Positions 8,203 through 18,678 are shown, counted from the stretch's first letter. The stretch: DNA of 64,000 nt from an uncultured Acidobacteriota bacterium (GCA_963836075.1 CAWIIB010000009.1:3330442-3394441), one strand, 5' to 3'. A program made the numbers and translations. Notes: generated by a model from the letters alone, not told the origin.

Positions 8203-10723
8203 ATGAACACTCTTCTGCGCCACCTTCTCCCTTTCGTTATCGTTGCGGTACTACTTACATTCTGTTCCGGTTTGTCGGCCCTGGCCCACCCCTGGCTCTT
8301 CGAGGCGAGGATGGACTTTTTTGCCAACGATGAACCGGGAGGCATCGCCCATGGCGATTTCGATGCCGATGGTGCCGTCGATCTGGCGGTGACCAATTAC
8401 GGATTGGAAACGATCACGATTTTCTTGGGCAAGGGGGACGGCACCTTCGATGAGCTGGGAGTATACGTCGTGGGGCACGAACCCTCATCGCTGGCCGCCG
8501 GGGACCTGAACGGCGACGGCCGGCCGGACCTTGCGGTATCCATGACATCTCCAGGATCGGTGCATGTTCTGCTGGGCAATGGTGACGGCACCTTCCAGGA
8601 TGCCGTGCCCTACGGGACCGCTTCCGGCACGTATTGCGTGGTCATCGCCCACCTGGACTCCGATACGATTCCCGATCTGGTCACATCCAATTTTTACGAG
8701 GACTCTGTTTCCGTCTTTCTGGGCAACGGGGATGGAACATTCGAACATCTGGGAGACCAAGGCGCCGGTGACGGTCCCGCGTGGGTGGCCGTGGACGATT
8801 TTGACGGTGACGGGGATTCCGATCTGGTTACGGCCAATGCCTTTGCCCACACTGTCCGCATTCTCCTGGGAAACGGAGACGGCAGTTTCCAGGCCGGCGC
8901 GGCCTACCAGGCTGGAAGCGACCCGAGGTCGGTGGCTGTGGGCCTGTTCAACGATGACAGCCACCCGGACCTGGTGGCGGCCAATCACCAGTCGGACTAT
9001 CTCTCGCTGTTTCTGGGCAACGGTGATGGTACGTTCCAGCAGGCAATACAGATCGATTCCCACTTCAACATCCGTTCCCTCTCCGTTTCCGACCTTGATG
9101 AGGATGGTCATCAGGACCTGGTGACGGCAAATGTTGGAGACGATACGATCTCGGTGATGGCCGGCAACGGAAACGGCACTTTCGACGCGGCTGTGGACTA
9201 CCGTACCGCCGAAGCCCCGTTGGACGTTGCGGTCGTGGACCTGGACGGTGACGGAATGTCCGATCTCAGTGTGGTGAACTTCTGGAGTGACAACATCTCG
9301 ACATTCAGGGGTAACGGGGACGCCACCTTTGTTGTGCCGTTCTCCATCGAGGTCCATGAACATCCCTGGTCGGTGGCCGCTGCAGATTTCAACGGCGACT
9401 CCATCCTCGACCTGGTGTCCGGCTCCGGGGTAGAGAGTTTGATCTCAGGTCCTGCTGGGATACGGTGACGGCACCTTCCAGACTCCCGTGGACTATTCCG
9501 TGGGCGAAGAGCCGCAATCGATCGCCGTACGTGATCTGAACGGTGACGGCGCCCCTGATCTGGTCACCGCCAACTACGACTCTGACGACCTGTCGGTGCT
9601 GCTGGGCAATGGTGACGGAACATTCCAGTCCGCGGTGGCGTACCAGGTCGGTAACGGTCCCGAATCGGTGGCCGCCGGCGACCTGGATGGTGACGGCATT
9701 CCCGACCTGATGGCGGCCAACAAGTACACCGACGATGTATCGGTGCTGCGGGGCAATGGTGACGGCACGTTTCAGGCCGCGGCATCGTTTCCAGCCGGTG
9801 ATTCGCCAGGCGGAATGGCCGCCGGCGACCTGGACGGCGACGGGGCTCTCGACCTGGGCGTGGCCACGATGGATGGCCTCGCCGTGCTTGCGGGGAATGG
9901 TGGGGGGGCATTTGGGAACCCCGTGTTCTACCCGGCAGGCCCGGACCCCTCCGCCGTGGTCATCGGCGATTTTGATGAGAACGGCATCCCGGACCTGGCG
10001 GTGACCAACTACGAGAGCGACTATATTTCAATGTTTCTGGGTGTCGGTGACGGCACCTTTCAGGCCGCCATGAACCACGCGGTGGGCGACAAGCCCTATG
10101 CCATTGTCGCCGGCGATCTGGACGGGGACTTTCACCTCGACCTGGCGGTGGGGAACATCATCAGCAACAATGTCGCCGTCCTGCCGGGCCACGGTGACGG
10201 CACCTTCGGCGACGTCTTGTTCTACGGTGCCGGATCCGGTCCTCCGACCCTCGCCATCGGAGACTTTGACCGGGATCGCCACCTCGACCTGGTTTCACCA
10301 TCCACCGCCGACAGTCACCTTGAGCTGCTCTTCAACACCACCGGCCTGGTCAAGGGCACCATCTGTGCCGGCCTGGACTGCACACCGTCCTGGGGCACAC
10401 TGCCGTTCCCCGTCACCATGTCGGTGAGGGTGGACAACCTCTATCCCGGGCAGACCCGGCAGTTCGACGCCCGGATCCACGCCACCCTGGCCAGCGGCCA
10501 GTCCATTTACAGCTGGAAGGAGGGGTACCTGAACATCGCCGGCGGCTCCAGCCACACCGTATCCTGGACCCAGGGCTTTCCGCTGCACGACTCCCTGGTG
10601 GGCGAAAACCTCTTCATTCTGGGGACCGAGGATGTCACCCCCACACCCTTCAACCAGCCACCCTACCCGCCGGCCGGGGACAAGTGGGGGGATGACTGCA
10701 CGGTGACCGGCATGGCCCCATGA
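8203..10723 (+). pseudogene. Secreted FG-GAP/VCBS-repeat protein (~840 aa) split by a 1-nt frameshift near 9448, carrying the shared C-terminal module
   Basis: ORFs 8203..9468 and 9488..10723 both consist of the same ~55-aa repeat (DLNGDGxPDLV...S/VLLGNGDGTFQ). The second frame is open from 9443. Removing one G of GG 9448-9449 reads ...ESLISVLLGYGDGTFQTPVDYSVG... A signal peptide is present (MNTLLRHLLPFVIVAVLLTFCSGLSALA). Confidence 0.65.
10361..10723 (+). other. Shared C-terminal module, copy B (last 120 aa)
   Basis: Aligns without gaps to copies A and C. 42 of 120 positions are identical in all three by hand alignment. Confidence 0.7.
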
Positions 10724-10825
10724 ACCGGCGATTGACTGCATGTCGGCGGTGACATATCCTTCAGTTGCTGTTTTTCCACTCGATCTACAACGGGATCAGA
10801 TTGTTACGGATCGCGAAGGAGGACC

Positions 10826-12106
10826 ATGACGCTCAAGTCATTTCTCGGCCTGGTGGATGAACGTTCCCTGCTGACAAGGGTCTCCCGGCCGGTGGATGTG
10901 CGTTACGAGCTGGCCGCGGTGGCCGGCCGTCTGGGTGAGAAACCGGTTCTGTTCAGCCAGGTAAAAGGCCATGACATGCCGGTGGCGGCCAATGTCTGTG
11001 CCAGCCGGGAACTGGTCTGTCTGGGCCTGGGTGTCTCCGCCGGCAACCTGGTGCCGCGGATGATCGAGGCCATCGACCACCCCCGGGAGCCGGAGGTGGT
11101 GCAGGCCGAGGGATACGAGGAGCGTGCGGCAGACCTCTCGGCGCTGCCGATCCTGACCTACTACCCGCGGGACGGGGGCCCCTATATCGCCTCCGGCATC
11201 ATTTTCTGCCAGGACCGGGAACTGGGTCTCAACGCCTCCTACCACCGGGCCATGGTCATCGGCGAGGACCGGCTGGCGCTGCGGATCCTGCCCCGCCACC
11301 TGCACCAGTACATGGAGCGGGGCCTCACCGAGTTCGCCTTCTGCATCGGCAACACCATCCCGGTGCTGGTGGGTGCGGCCATGTCGGTGGAACTGGACAA
11401 GAGTGAGCTGGCCATTGCCAACGCCCTGCAGCACACGGAGGCGGTGAAACTGGAGGGCCATCTGATCCCGCAGAGCGAGCTGGTGCTGATCTGCGAGTTC
11501 ACCGGTGAGCAGGCTGACGAGGGGCCGTTCCTCGACCTCACCGAGACCTTTGACATCGTGCGCAAGCAGCCGGTGGCCCGGGTGAAAAAGGTGTTCGCCC
11601 GGCCCGATTCGGTCTATCATGCCCTGCTCCCCGGCGGTCCGGAGCACAAGATCCTGATGGGCATGCCGCGGGAGCCGACCATTTTCAGGGAGGTGTCCCG
11701 GTATTGTGACTGCCTGGATGTCCGGATCACGCCTGGTGGCTGCTCCTGGCTCCACGCCGCGGTGAAAATCCGCAAGCAGGACGGTCTTGACGGCAGGCGG
11801 GCCATCGAGGCCGCCTTTGCCGGGCACAGTTCCATGAAGCATGTCTTCGTGGTGGACGAGGACATTGACATCGACGATCCGCATGCTCTGGAGTGGGCTC
11901 TGGCCACCCGTTTCCAGGGGGACCGGGACCTGGTGGTGCGGCCCGGGGAAAAGGGCTCCTCGCTGGACCCGTCGGCCGATCCGGAGACCCGGGAGACCAC
12001 CAAACTCGGTTTTGACCTGACCATCCCCGCCGGGGGGGCGCCGGAGAAGTTCCTGCGTCCCGAGCCCCCGGTGAAAGTGGACCTCGAGGACTACCTGGAG
12101 AACTGA
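10826..12106 (+). CDS. UbiD-family decarboxylase (candidate anhydromevalonate-phosphate decarboxylase)
   Basis: 426 aa with UbiD-like segments (PVLFSQVKGHDMPVAANVCASRE, GGPYIASGIIFCQD, SWLHAAVKI). Sits immediately upstream of the AcnX pair and IPK. Confidence 0.75.
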   Translation: MTLKSFLGLVDERSLLTRVSRPVDVRYELAAVAGRLGEKPVLFSQVKGHDMPVAANVCASRELVCLGLGVSAGNLVPRMIEAIDHPREPEVVQAEGYEERAADLSALPILTYYPRDGGPYIASGIIFCQDRELGLNASYHRAMVIGEDRLALRILPRHLHQYMERGLTEFAFCIGNTIPVLVGAAMSVELDKSELAIANALQHTEAVKLEGHLIPQSELVLICEFTGEQADEGPFLDLTETFDIVRKQPVARVKKVFARPDSVYHALLPGGPEHKILMGMPREPTIFREVSRYCDCLDVRITPGGCSWLHAAVKIRKQDGLDGRRAIEAAFAGHSSMKHVFVVDEDIDIDDPHALEWALATRFQGDRDLVVRPGEKGSSLDPSADPETRETTKLGFDLTIPAGGAPEKFLRPEPPVKVDLEDYLEN

Positions 12107-12113
12107 CCGAACC

Positions 12114-13301
12114 ATGGAACTGAGCAGGGAACAGCAGCGGCTGCTGGACGGCGAGCAGGGAGAGGTGACCTCCCGCCTGATGCGCCTGCTGGTCAGCCTG
12201 GGTGAGATCTTCGGGGCCCGGCGGATGGTGGATGTGGGCTCGACCCAGGTGTCCGGCGTGTCGTACAAATCGATCGGCGAGCCGGGGCTGGAGTTCCTTG
12301 AGGACCTGGCCCGGGAGGGCGTGCAGGTGAGAGTGCCCACCAGCCTCAACCCGGCCGGCATGGACCTCCAGGGCTGGCGGGAACTGGGTATCCCCGAAGC
12401 CTTTGCCGTGAAACAGCAGCGGATCATGGCCGCCTTTGGCGCCATGGGGATCACCGCGCCGCCCACCTGCACCCCCTACCTCATCGGCAGCGTCCCCCAA
12501 CCCGGCGAGCACGTGGCCTGGGCCGAGAGCTCGGCGGTGATCTTTGTCAACTCGGTGCTGGGGGCGCGGACCAACCGCGAGGGCGGCCCGTCGGCCCTGG
12601 CCGCGGCGGTCTGCGGCTGCACCCCCTGCTACGGCCTGCACCTCGACGAAAACCGGCGGCCCACGGTGCTGGTGGAGGTGGACGCCCGTCTCGAATCCAA
12701 CGCCGACTACGGCGCCCTGGGCTACTGCCTGGGCCGCAAGGTGCGCGGGGCCATCCCCTTCATCACCGGGATCGAAGCGGCCGGCAGGGACAACCTCAAG
12801 TCGTTCGGCGCGGCCATGGCGGCCAGCGGAGCGGTGGCCCTGTACCACGCTCGGGGGGTGACTCCCGAGGCGCCGGAGATGCCCACCGCCGGCCTGGAGC
12901 GGATCAAGGTGGGGCAGGGCGAGCTGGACACGCTGGCCGCCGGTCTCGATGCCGGGGAGACCCCCGACCTGGTGGTCACCGGCTGTCCCCACGCCTCGCT
13001 GGAGGAGGTGGCCGCGGTGGCCGGGCAGGTCCGCGGACGGACGCTCCGTGTGCCGGTCTGGGTCTGCACCTCCCGGGTGATCAAGGAGCGGGCGGAGAGC
13101 GAGGGCTACCTGGCCCGGATCGAGGCCGCCGGCGGACGTATCGTGGCCGACACCTGTATGGTGGTCTCACCGCTGGAGGAGCTGGACTACGGGGTCACCT
13201 CGGTGGACTCGGGCAAGGCAGCCAACTACCTCCCCGGGTTCTGCCGGCAGAAGGTGAACTTCCGCGACCTTCACGACATCATCGAGGAGGTGCTGGAATG
13301 A
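12114..13301 (+). CDS. Aconitase X catalytic subunit (DUF521-like; candidate phosphomevalonate dehydratase large subunit)
   Basis: 395 aa. MVDVGSTQVSGVSYKSIGEPGLEFLE, CTPYLIG and ESSAVIFVNSVLGARTNREGG match AcnX-type patterns. Overlaps the next gene by 4 nt. Confidence 0.75.
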   Translation: MELSREQQRLLDGEQGEVTSRLMRLLVSLGEIFGARRMVDVGSTQVSGVSYKSIGEPGLEFLEDLAREGVQVRVPTSLNPAGMDLQGWRELGIPEAFAVKQQRIMAAFGAMGITAPPTCTPYLIGSVPQPGEHVAWAESSAVIFVNSVLGARTNREGGPSALAAAVCGCTPCYGLHLDENRRPTVLVEVDARLESNADYGALGYCLGRKVRGAIPFITGIEAAGRDNLKSFGAAMAASGAVALYHARGVTPEAPEMPTAGLERIKVGQGELDTLAAGLDAGETPDLVVTGCPHASLEEVAAVAGQVRGRTLRVPVWVCTSRVIKERAESEGYLARIEAAGGRIVADTCMVVSPLEELDYGVTSVDSGKAANYLPGFCRQKVNFRDLHDIIEEVLE

Positions 13302-13681
13302 AGGGCCGGACCATCATGACCGGCAGGGCTGAAGGCCGGGCGCTGGTTTCGCGGACGCCGATCAGTTTCTACGGCGGGGTTGACGCCAAAACCGGGATGA
13401 TCATCGAGCAGGGGCACGAACTGGAGGGGCAGTGTCTCAGCGGCACGATCCTCGTCTTCCCCTGCGGCAAGGGCTCCACCGTGGGCTCCTACGTGATCTA
13501 CGGCCTGCAGAAGAACGGCGTGGCCCCGCTGGCCATCGTCAACGAGGAGACGGAGACCATCATCGCCACCGGCGCCATCCTCGCCGGGATTCCCTGTGTG
13601 GACGGGGTCGACATCAGCGGCATCAGCAGCGGCGACAGACTGCGGGTGGACGGCGCCGCCGGCCTGGTGGAAAAGGACTGA
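13298..13681 (+). CDS. Aconitase X swivel subunit (DUF126-like; candidate phosphomevalonate dehydratase small subunit)
   Basis: 127 aa with GRAEGRALVSRTPISFYGGVD...ILVFPCGKGSTVGSYVIY. The ATGA overlaps the large-subunit stop. Confidence 0.75.
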   Translation: MKGRTIMTGRAEGRALVSRTPISFYGGVDAKTGMIIEQGHELEGQCLSGTILVFPCGKGSTVGSYVIYGLQKNGVAPLAIVNEETETIIATGAILAGIPCVDGVDISGISSGDRLRVDGAAGLVEKD

Positions 13682-13688
13682 ACCGGAG

Positions 13689-14471
13689 ATGGGACAGCAA
13701 CTGGTTTTCGTCAAGCTGGGCGGGTCGCTGATCACCGACAAGACGAAGCCGTACACCGCCAGGCCTGAAGTGATCGCCCGGGCGGCGTCCGAGATTCACC
13801 GGGCGCGGAACAAGGCCGGTCTGGCCCTGCTGGTGGGCCACGGCGGCGGCAGCTTCCCCCATGTCAGCGCCGCAAAGTACCGGATTCACAAGGGAGCCTC
13901 CGATGCCCGGGGCTGGGAGGGTTTTGCCAGGGTGCAGGCCGATGCGGCGCGACTGAACCGCATGGTTGTTTCGGCGCTGCTGGAAGCCGGGGAACCGGCC
14001 ATCTCCGTCCAGCCTTCGGCGGCCTGCCTGGCCCGGGACCGCCGTCTGGAGCGCTGGGATGGCCAGGCGCTGGAGCAGTGCCTGGCCCGGGGCCTGGTGC
14101 CGGTACCTTACGGCGATGTCTGTTTTGACGAGGCCCGGGGCTGCTGCATCCTCTCCACCGAGGAGATCTTCCGCTTTCTCGCTCCGCGGCTCCGACCTGC
14201 GCGGATCATCATGGCCGGCAAGACCGACGGCGTGCTGGACGAGGAGGGGAACACCGTCCCCGAGCTCACCCCCGCGGACCTCGGTCGAATGAAGAGTGCA
14301 CTCTCCGCCTCGGACGGCGTGGCCGACGTCACCGGCGGCATGGTGCACAAGGTGGAGAGGGCCCTGGAGACCGGTGTGGCCACCCTGATCATCAACGGCC
14401 TGCGGCCCGGGGAACTGGAGAAGGCCCTCCTCGGCCGCCCGGTGGCCGGCACGCTGGTCACCCGCGGCTGA
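13689..14471 (+). CDS. Isopentenyl phosphate kinase (amino-acid kinase fold)
   Basis: Internal ATG at 13689, 8 nt after the upstream stop. Has LVFVKLGGSLITDK and GHGGGSFPH motifs, 260 aa. Confidence 0.8.
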   Translation: MGQQLVFVKLGGSLITDKTKPYTARPEVIARAASEIHRARNKAGLALLVGHGGGSFPHVSAAKYRIHKGASDARGWEGFARVQADAARLNRMVVSALLEAGEPAISVQPSAACLARDRRLERWDGQALEQCLARGLVPVPYGDVCFDEARGCCILSTEEIFRFLAPRLRPARIIMAGKTDGVLDEEGNTVPELTPADLGRMKSALSASDGVADVTGGMVHKVERALETGVATLIINGLRPGELEKALLGRPVAGTLVTRG

Positions 14472-14481
14472 CAGCGCAGGA

Positions 14482-15549
14482 TCACTGCGGCCGCAACTCC
14501 TCGATGACCGACGCGTCCACCCAGTAGACGTCCGAGTTTCCGTTGCGCGGCTGGCCGTGACTCTGCAGGAACTCCTTGTAGCTCCGGCCGCCGTCCGTGG
14601 AGTCCTTTTCCGTCCCCCGGTTGGAGGCGAAGAAGAGATACCTGCCGTCGGGGGACAGGCTGGCCGAAACCACCCGGTTCCCCGGGGTGTTGAACTTCTC
14701 ACCCATGTTCAGCGGACCGGTCCAGCTGTCGTCCTCGGCGCGGAACGAGATGTAGTAGTCGGCCAGCCCGATGGCGTCCTCCCGGCCGGCCATGCCGTAG
14801 ATGAGGAAACGCTCGTCCGGATCGATGAAGGCGTTGAACTGGGTGTCTCCGGCGTTCACTTCGGCCGGCAGGGCCACCGCCGCCAGATACGCCCCGTCCA
14901 CCATCCTGGAGCGGAAGATCAGGTTCCGCGTCTTCCCCTCTTCTTCCACATCGCGGGTGAAGTAGATATTTCCCTCCCTGGTGGTGGAGGGGAAGAACTC
15001 CGCCGCCTCGCTGTTCACCGGCGGTCCGAGGTTGTAGGGTTCGCTCCAGCCGTCGGCGGTGCGGTCCATGGCCCAGATGTCCTGGTCGTGCCACCCGGGT
15101 GTCGGTTCGGTGCCGTCTCCGGGCCGGGTGGAGAGGAAGAGAAACCGTGAGCCGTCCGGTGTGATGTGCGGTTCGAGGTCGTAGATCGCCGGGTGGCTGG
15201 AAAAGCCGGCGATCTCCGGCTCGGTCCACCTGCCGTCCACCTGGCGGCTGACCACCAGCGCCACCTGGTTGCGGGCCATCAGGCCGAAGTAGAGCTCCTT
15301 GCCGTCCGGAGTGATGACCACGTCCCGTTCGTAGAGACCGGTGGAGAGGATCCCCGGGGCAAAGAGCTGCGGTTCCAGGCCCGGGGGCTCCTGCCCCAGG
15401 TAGTCCCCCTCCAGAACGGGGAAGGCCGTGGGACAGCATGCGCTGTCCGCGTTGACGGCGTCCTCCGAGGCCGGGGGTGAACCGCAGTGCCATGCTGAAA
15501 GCCCGAGCACCAGGATCAGGGAAACAGTGCGGTAAATCCGTGCATTCAT
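14482..15549 (-). CDS. PD40/TolB-like beta-propeller lipoprotein
   Basis: Signal peptide with a Cys (LGLSAWHCG). Repeated (I)TPDGKELYF / PDGSRFLF / SPDGRYLFF motifs. Confidence 0.6.
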   Translation of the reverse strand: MNARIYRTVSLILVLGLSAWHCGSPPASEDAVNADSACCPTAFPVLEGDYLGQEPPGLEPQLFAPGILSTGLYERDVVITPDGKELYFGLMARNQVALVVSRQVDGRWTEPEIAGFSSHPAIYDLEPHITPDGSRFLFLSTRPGDGTEPTPGWHDQDIWAMDRTADGWSEPYNLGPPVNSEAAEFFPSTTREGNIYFTRDVEEEGKTRNLIFRSRMVDGAYLAAVALPAEVNAGDTQFNAFIDPDERFLIYGMAGREDAIGLADYYISFRAEDDSWTGPLNMGEKFNTPGNRVVSASLSPDGRYLFFASNRGTEKDSTDGGRSYKEFLQSHGQPRNGNSDVYWVDASVIEELRPQ

Positions 15550-15662
15550 GATGACCTCTAAGCGTTGTGGAGATCGTTGCTGATGGACAAACGCGTACGG
15601 CCCCGCGCCGCACGTTTCTTGCTAGCAACTATACAACGGGTTGGCCGGGCGTGCCCTTTTTG

Positions 15663-16562
15663 TCAGCCGATAAAGATGCCGATGGCCATCAGAATCGGCG
15701 TGGCAATCACAATGATCACGTTGCGGCCCAGGAAGGGCACCAGCTCGGGTATGGATGTGGCGTACCTGGCCGCGCCTCGAGCCGTTGGGATGGCGAGGAG
15801 CAGTGTGCCCAGACCCAGCAGGGCGAAGGGTGGAAGTTGCCGGAGGACCACACCGAGGACGATGGAGAGATAGGCCAGGGCGAGGAACGTGATGTAGACC
15901 CGGACCGCGGCCGGGACGCCCCAGGCGATGGGCAGGTGGTGCCGGCCCACTTCACGATCGGCATCTACATCGGGGAACTGGTTGATCAGCAACAGGTTGC
16001 TGACCAGGAAAAAGGGGACCAGCGAGGCGATGAATGAGGGCCAGTTGTAAGTCCCGGTGAGGGCGAAGTGTGTGCCCATCACCATCAGCGGCCCGAAGCC
16101 GAGACCCGGGGCGATGAGGCAGATCAGGGGGCTGCGGGTGATCCAGCGGGTGTAGAGGACGATGACCAGCAGGCCCAGCAGACCGAGGGGAATGATCCCC
16201 CAGCCGCGGAGGATGGTGAAATAGACGCCCACCGATACGGTGAACAAAGCCGAGGCCACCCCGGTGAGCAGGGCCACGTGGGCCTGCCCCGGGTTGCCGG
16301 GCAGGGCGCCGCTGCCGCCGCTGAACGGCGTGCGCTCGGTCTTCATGTCGAGGCCGGTGCGAAAGTCGTCGAACTCGTTCAGGGCGTTTACGCTGATGTG
16401 TGCCGCCACGGCACCGGCGAGGGCCATAATCACCGGCAGCGGTGAGATGGAGGCGCCGCTCCAGACCGCGGTGGCCACGCCCGCCAGCACGCAGGCCGGG
16501 GTGAGGATCAGAAAAGGCAGGCGCATCGGCCCGAACAGGGGGCTGGGAGCGGCGTCGGTCAT
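15663..16562 (-). CDS. UbiA-family (MenA-like) membrane prenyltransferase
   Basis: 299 aa and polytopic. The first Asp-rich motif NEFDDFRTGLD fits N-[DE]-x2-D-x3-G-x-D. Confidence 0.65.
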   Translation of the reverse strand: MTDAAPSPLFGPMRLPFLILTPACVLAGVATAVWSGASISPLPVIMALAGAVAAHISVNALNEFDDFRTGLDMKTERTPFSGGSGALPGNPGQAHVALLTGVASALFTVSVGVYFTILRGWGIIPLGLLGLLVIVLYTRWITRSPLICLIAPGLGFGPLMVMGTHFALTGTYNWPSFIASLVPFFLVSNLLLINQFPDVDADREVGRHHLPIAWGVPAAVRVYITFLALAYLSIVLGVVLRQLPPFALLGLGTLLLAIPTARGAARYATSIPELVPFLGRNVIIVIATPILMAIGIFIG

Positions 16563-16639
16563 CGGCGGCCTCCGGATTGATGTATCAAACGTATCTTTCG
16601 TTCGCCACGTCAGATGATAACAAAAATGGTGACCGTCAC

Positions 16640-17110
16640 CTATTTCCTCAGCATGTCACCGGTGGCGAGGAAGTGGTTCAGCGCCTTCTCGTCTACAGCC
16701 ACCATGGCGGCGAAGGCGTCCCGGGAAACACCGGCCAGCTCTCCGCCGTCGATGGCGGTGACCACCTGGCGCCACCGGGCTGTGGTGCCGCCGGAGCCGT
16801 CGTCCTCCAGCCGGATGGTGTAGCGGATGACCCGGCGGCGGTTCATCCGGACGAATTCGATCTCGACCGGCGGCTGGTGACGGCTGATCAACCAGATGTC
16901 CCGCTCGCCGCTCTGCGGGTCGGTGGTGGCGAACAGGCAGTCCTGCTCCGCCAGCCCGGACCGGGTGTGAATCATGCCGCACACCCAGCCCTCCAGCCAC
17001 TCGCCCTCCCGCACCGGGCAGAGCAGGGGAAACACCACTGCCGGCGGGGCCGCGAGATTCTGCAGCGCTTCAAGTTCCACCCGGGCCGCTTTCACCGGTT
17101 CATACATCAC
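16640..17110 (-). CDS. SRPBCC/START-like small protein
   Basis: 156 aa, with a PLLCPVREGEWLEGW segment typical of the SRPBCC fold. The family call is tentative. Confidence 0.45.
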   Translation of the reverse strand: MMYEPVKAARVELEALQNLAAPPAVVFPLLCPVREGEWLEGWVCGMIHTRSGLAEQDCLFATTDPQSGERDIWLISRHQPPVEIEFVRMNRRRVIRYTIRLEDDGSGGTTARWRQVVTAIDGGELAGVSRDAFAAMVAVDEKALNHFLATGDMLRK

Positions 17111-17289
17111 TCTCCTCCTGACCTGTCTGATGGCTCCTCAAAGAGCCCCTCGATGCGGATCTAACTCTATACAGGGATTGCCGTATCCGGATCAAGTCAT
17201 TTGCCGGTGAACAGAAATGGAGTTGAGCCGTTCCATCTGCTGATGTACTGTTAGCGATTCCCGTGGGGGACCGTGGAGCGACCCGACCG

Positions 17290-18648
17290 ATGACCAGCCC
17301 CTTTGCCAGACCGCACAAGGATGACCTCCGGGCCATGCTGCGCCTGGCCCTGCCGGTGGTGATCAGCCAGTTGGGGATGATGCTGATGGGAGTGGTGGAC
17401 ACGGTGATGGTGGGCCACTACTCGGCCACCGATCTGGCCGCGGTGGCCCTGGGCAACCTCTACTTCGTCTCGGTCTACGCCTTCGGCCTCGGTGTGCTGA
17501 TGTCCCTCGACCCGCTGGTTTCCCAGGCGGTGGGCAGCGGTGACCGCACAGCGGTGGTGCGGGCGGTGCAGCGGGGACTGCTGATCGCTTTCGGGCTCAG
17601 CGTTCCGCTCACCGCTGCCCTCTGGCCCGGGGAGCTGGTTTTCATTTTCCTCCGCCAGCCGGAGGAGATCATCCCTGTGGCCGCGTCCTACGCCCGGATC
17701 TGCATCCCCGGGCTGCTGCCGTTTCTCGCCTTTATCGTGCTCAAGCAGACCCTGCAGGCGATGCAGAAGGTGCGGCCGGTGGTGCTGGTGATCTTTGCCG
17801 CCAACCTGCTCAACGTTCTGCTCAACTGGCTGCTGATCTTTGGCGGGATGGGCCTGGAGCCCATGGGTGCGCTGGGTTCGGCCTGGGCCTCCACCGCCAG
17901 CCGCTGGTTTCTGGCCCTGAGCCTCTTTTTCCTGGCCCGGGACCAGCTGGGCCCCCTTCTCCGGCGTCTCGACCCGGTGGTGCTGCAGACCCGGCCGCTG
18001 TGGCGGATGTTTGTCCTCGGTGTGCCCATCGGGATCCAGCACTGCATCGAGTTCGGCGCCTTTGCTACCATCGCCCTCTTCATGGGCTGGATGGGGGCCG
18101 TGCCCCTGGCCGCTCACCAGGTGGCGCTCTACCTCGCCGCGCTGTCGTTCATGGTCCCGCTGGGGGTATCGGCGGCCGCCGCGGTTCACGTGGGCAACGC
18201 CATCGGCCGGAGAGACCAGGCCGGGGCCCGGAGAGCCGCTTCTGCCGCCCTGATCTGCGGCGGTGGCTTCATGGTCTTCACCGCGGTGATTTTCCTCACC
18301 ATCCCCGGCCCGCTGGCTTCTGTCTTCACGAATTCAGGAGAGGTGGTTGCCGTGGCCCTGGTGCTGATCCCCATTGCCGGGTTCTTTCAGATTTTCGATG
18401 GGCTGCAGGTGGTGGCCGGCGGCATTCTCCGCGGCATGGGGGATACCCGCGCGCCGATGGTGCTCAATGTCCTCGGTTTCTGGCTTGCCGGCGTCCCGGT
18501 GAGCCTCTGGCTGGGTTTCAAGCTGAATATGGGCCCGCCCGGGCTGTGGTACGGCTTCGTGGCCGGCCTGGGGGCTGTGGCCGTTCTGTTGTTGATCCGG
18601 GTTTCCTCGAAGCTGAGGCAGCCGGTGGCCCGGCTGCTCATCGACTGA
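17290..18648 (+). CDS. MATE-family efflux transporter
   Basis: About 12 TM helices. LRLALPVVISQLGMMLMGVVDTVMVGH and the GILRGMGDTRAPM repeat signature are present. Confidence 0.8.
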   Translation: MTSPFARPHKDDLRAMLRLALPVVISQLGMMLMGVVDTVMVGHYSATDLAAVALGNLYFVSVYAFGLGVLMSLDPLVSQAVGSGDRTAVVRAVQRGLLIAFGLSVPLTAALWPGELVFIFLRQPEEIIPVAASYARICIPGLLPFLAFIVLKQTLQAMQKVRPVVLVIFAANLLNVLLNWLLIFGGMGLEPMGALGSAWASTASRWFLALSLFFLARDQLGPLLRRLDPVVLQTRPLWRMFVLGVPIGIQHCIEFGAFATIALFMGWMGAVPLAAHQVALYLAALSFMVPLGVSAAAAVHVGNAIGRRDQAGARRAASAALICGGGFMVFTAVIFLTIPGPLASVFTNSGEVVAVALVLIPIAGFFQIFDGLQVVAGGILRGMGDTRAPMVLNVLGFWLAGVPVSLWLGFKLNMGPPGLWYGFVAGLGAVAVLLLIRVSSKLRQPVARLLID

Positions 18649-18678
18649 CGCCACCCGGGTCATCTGTCCGGATTGCAA

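Noticed and set aside
10838-12472. Long antisense and alternative-frame ORFs opposite well-supported genes. Examples are 10838..12472(-), 11727..12992(-), 13623..14702(-), 17251..18189(-), 18673..19917(+), 23137..24879(+), 40029..41978(+), 42462..44009(+), 45142..47013(+), 55412..56374(-), 56528..57709(-), 60649..62595(+) and 63178..63957(-).
   Set aside because: All have Arg/Gly/Pro/Ala/His-dominated translations without recognisable domains. Each overlaps a partner-strand gene that carries strong family motifs.
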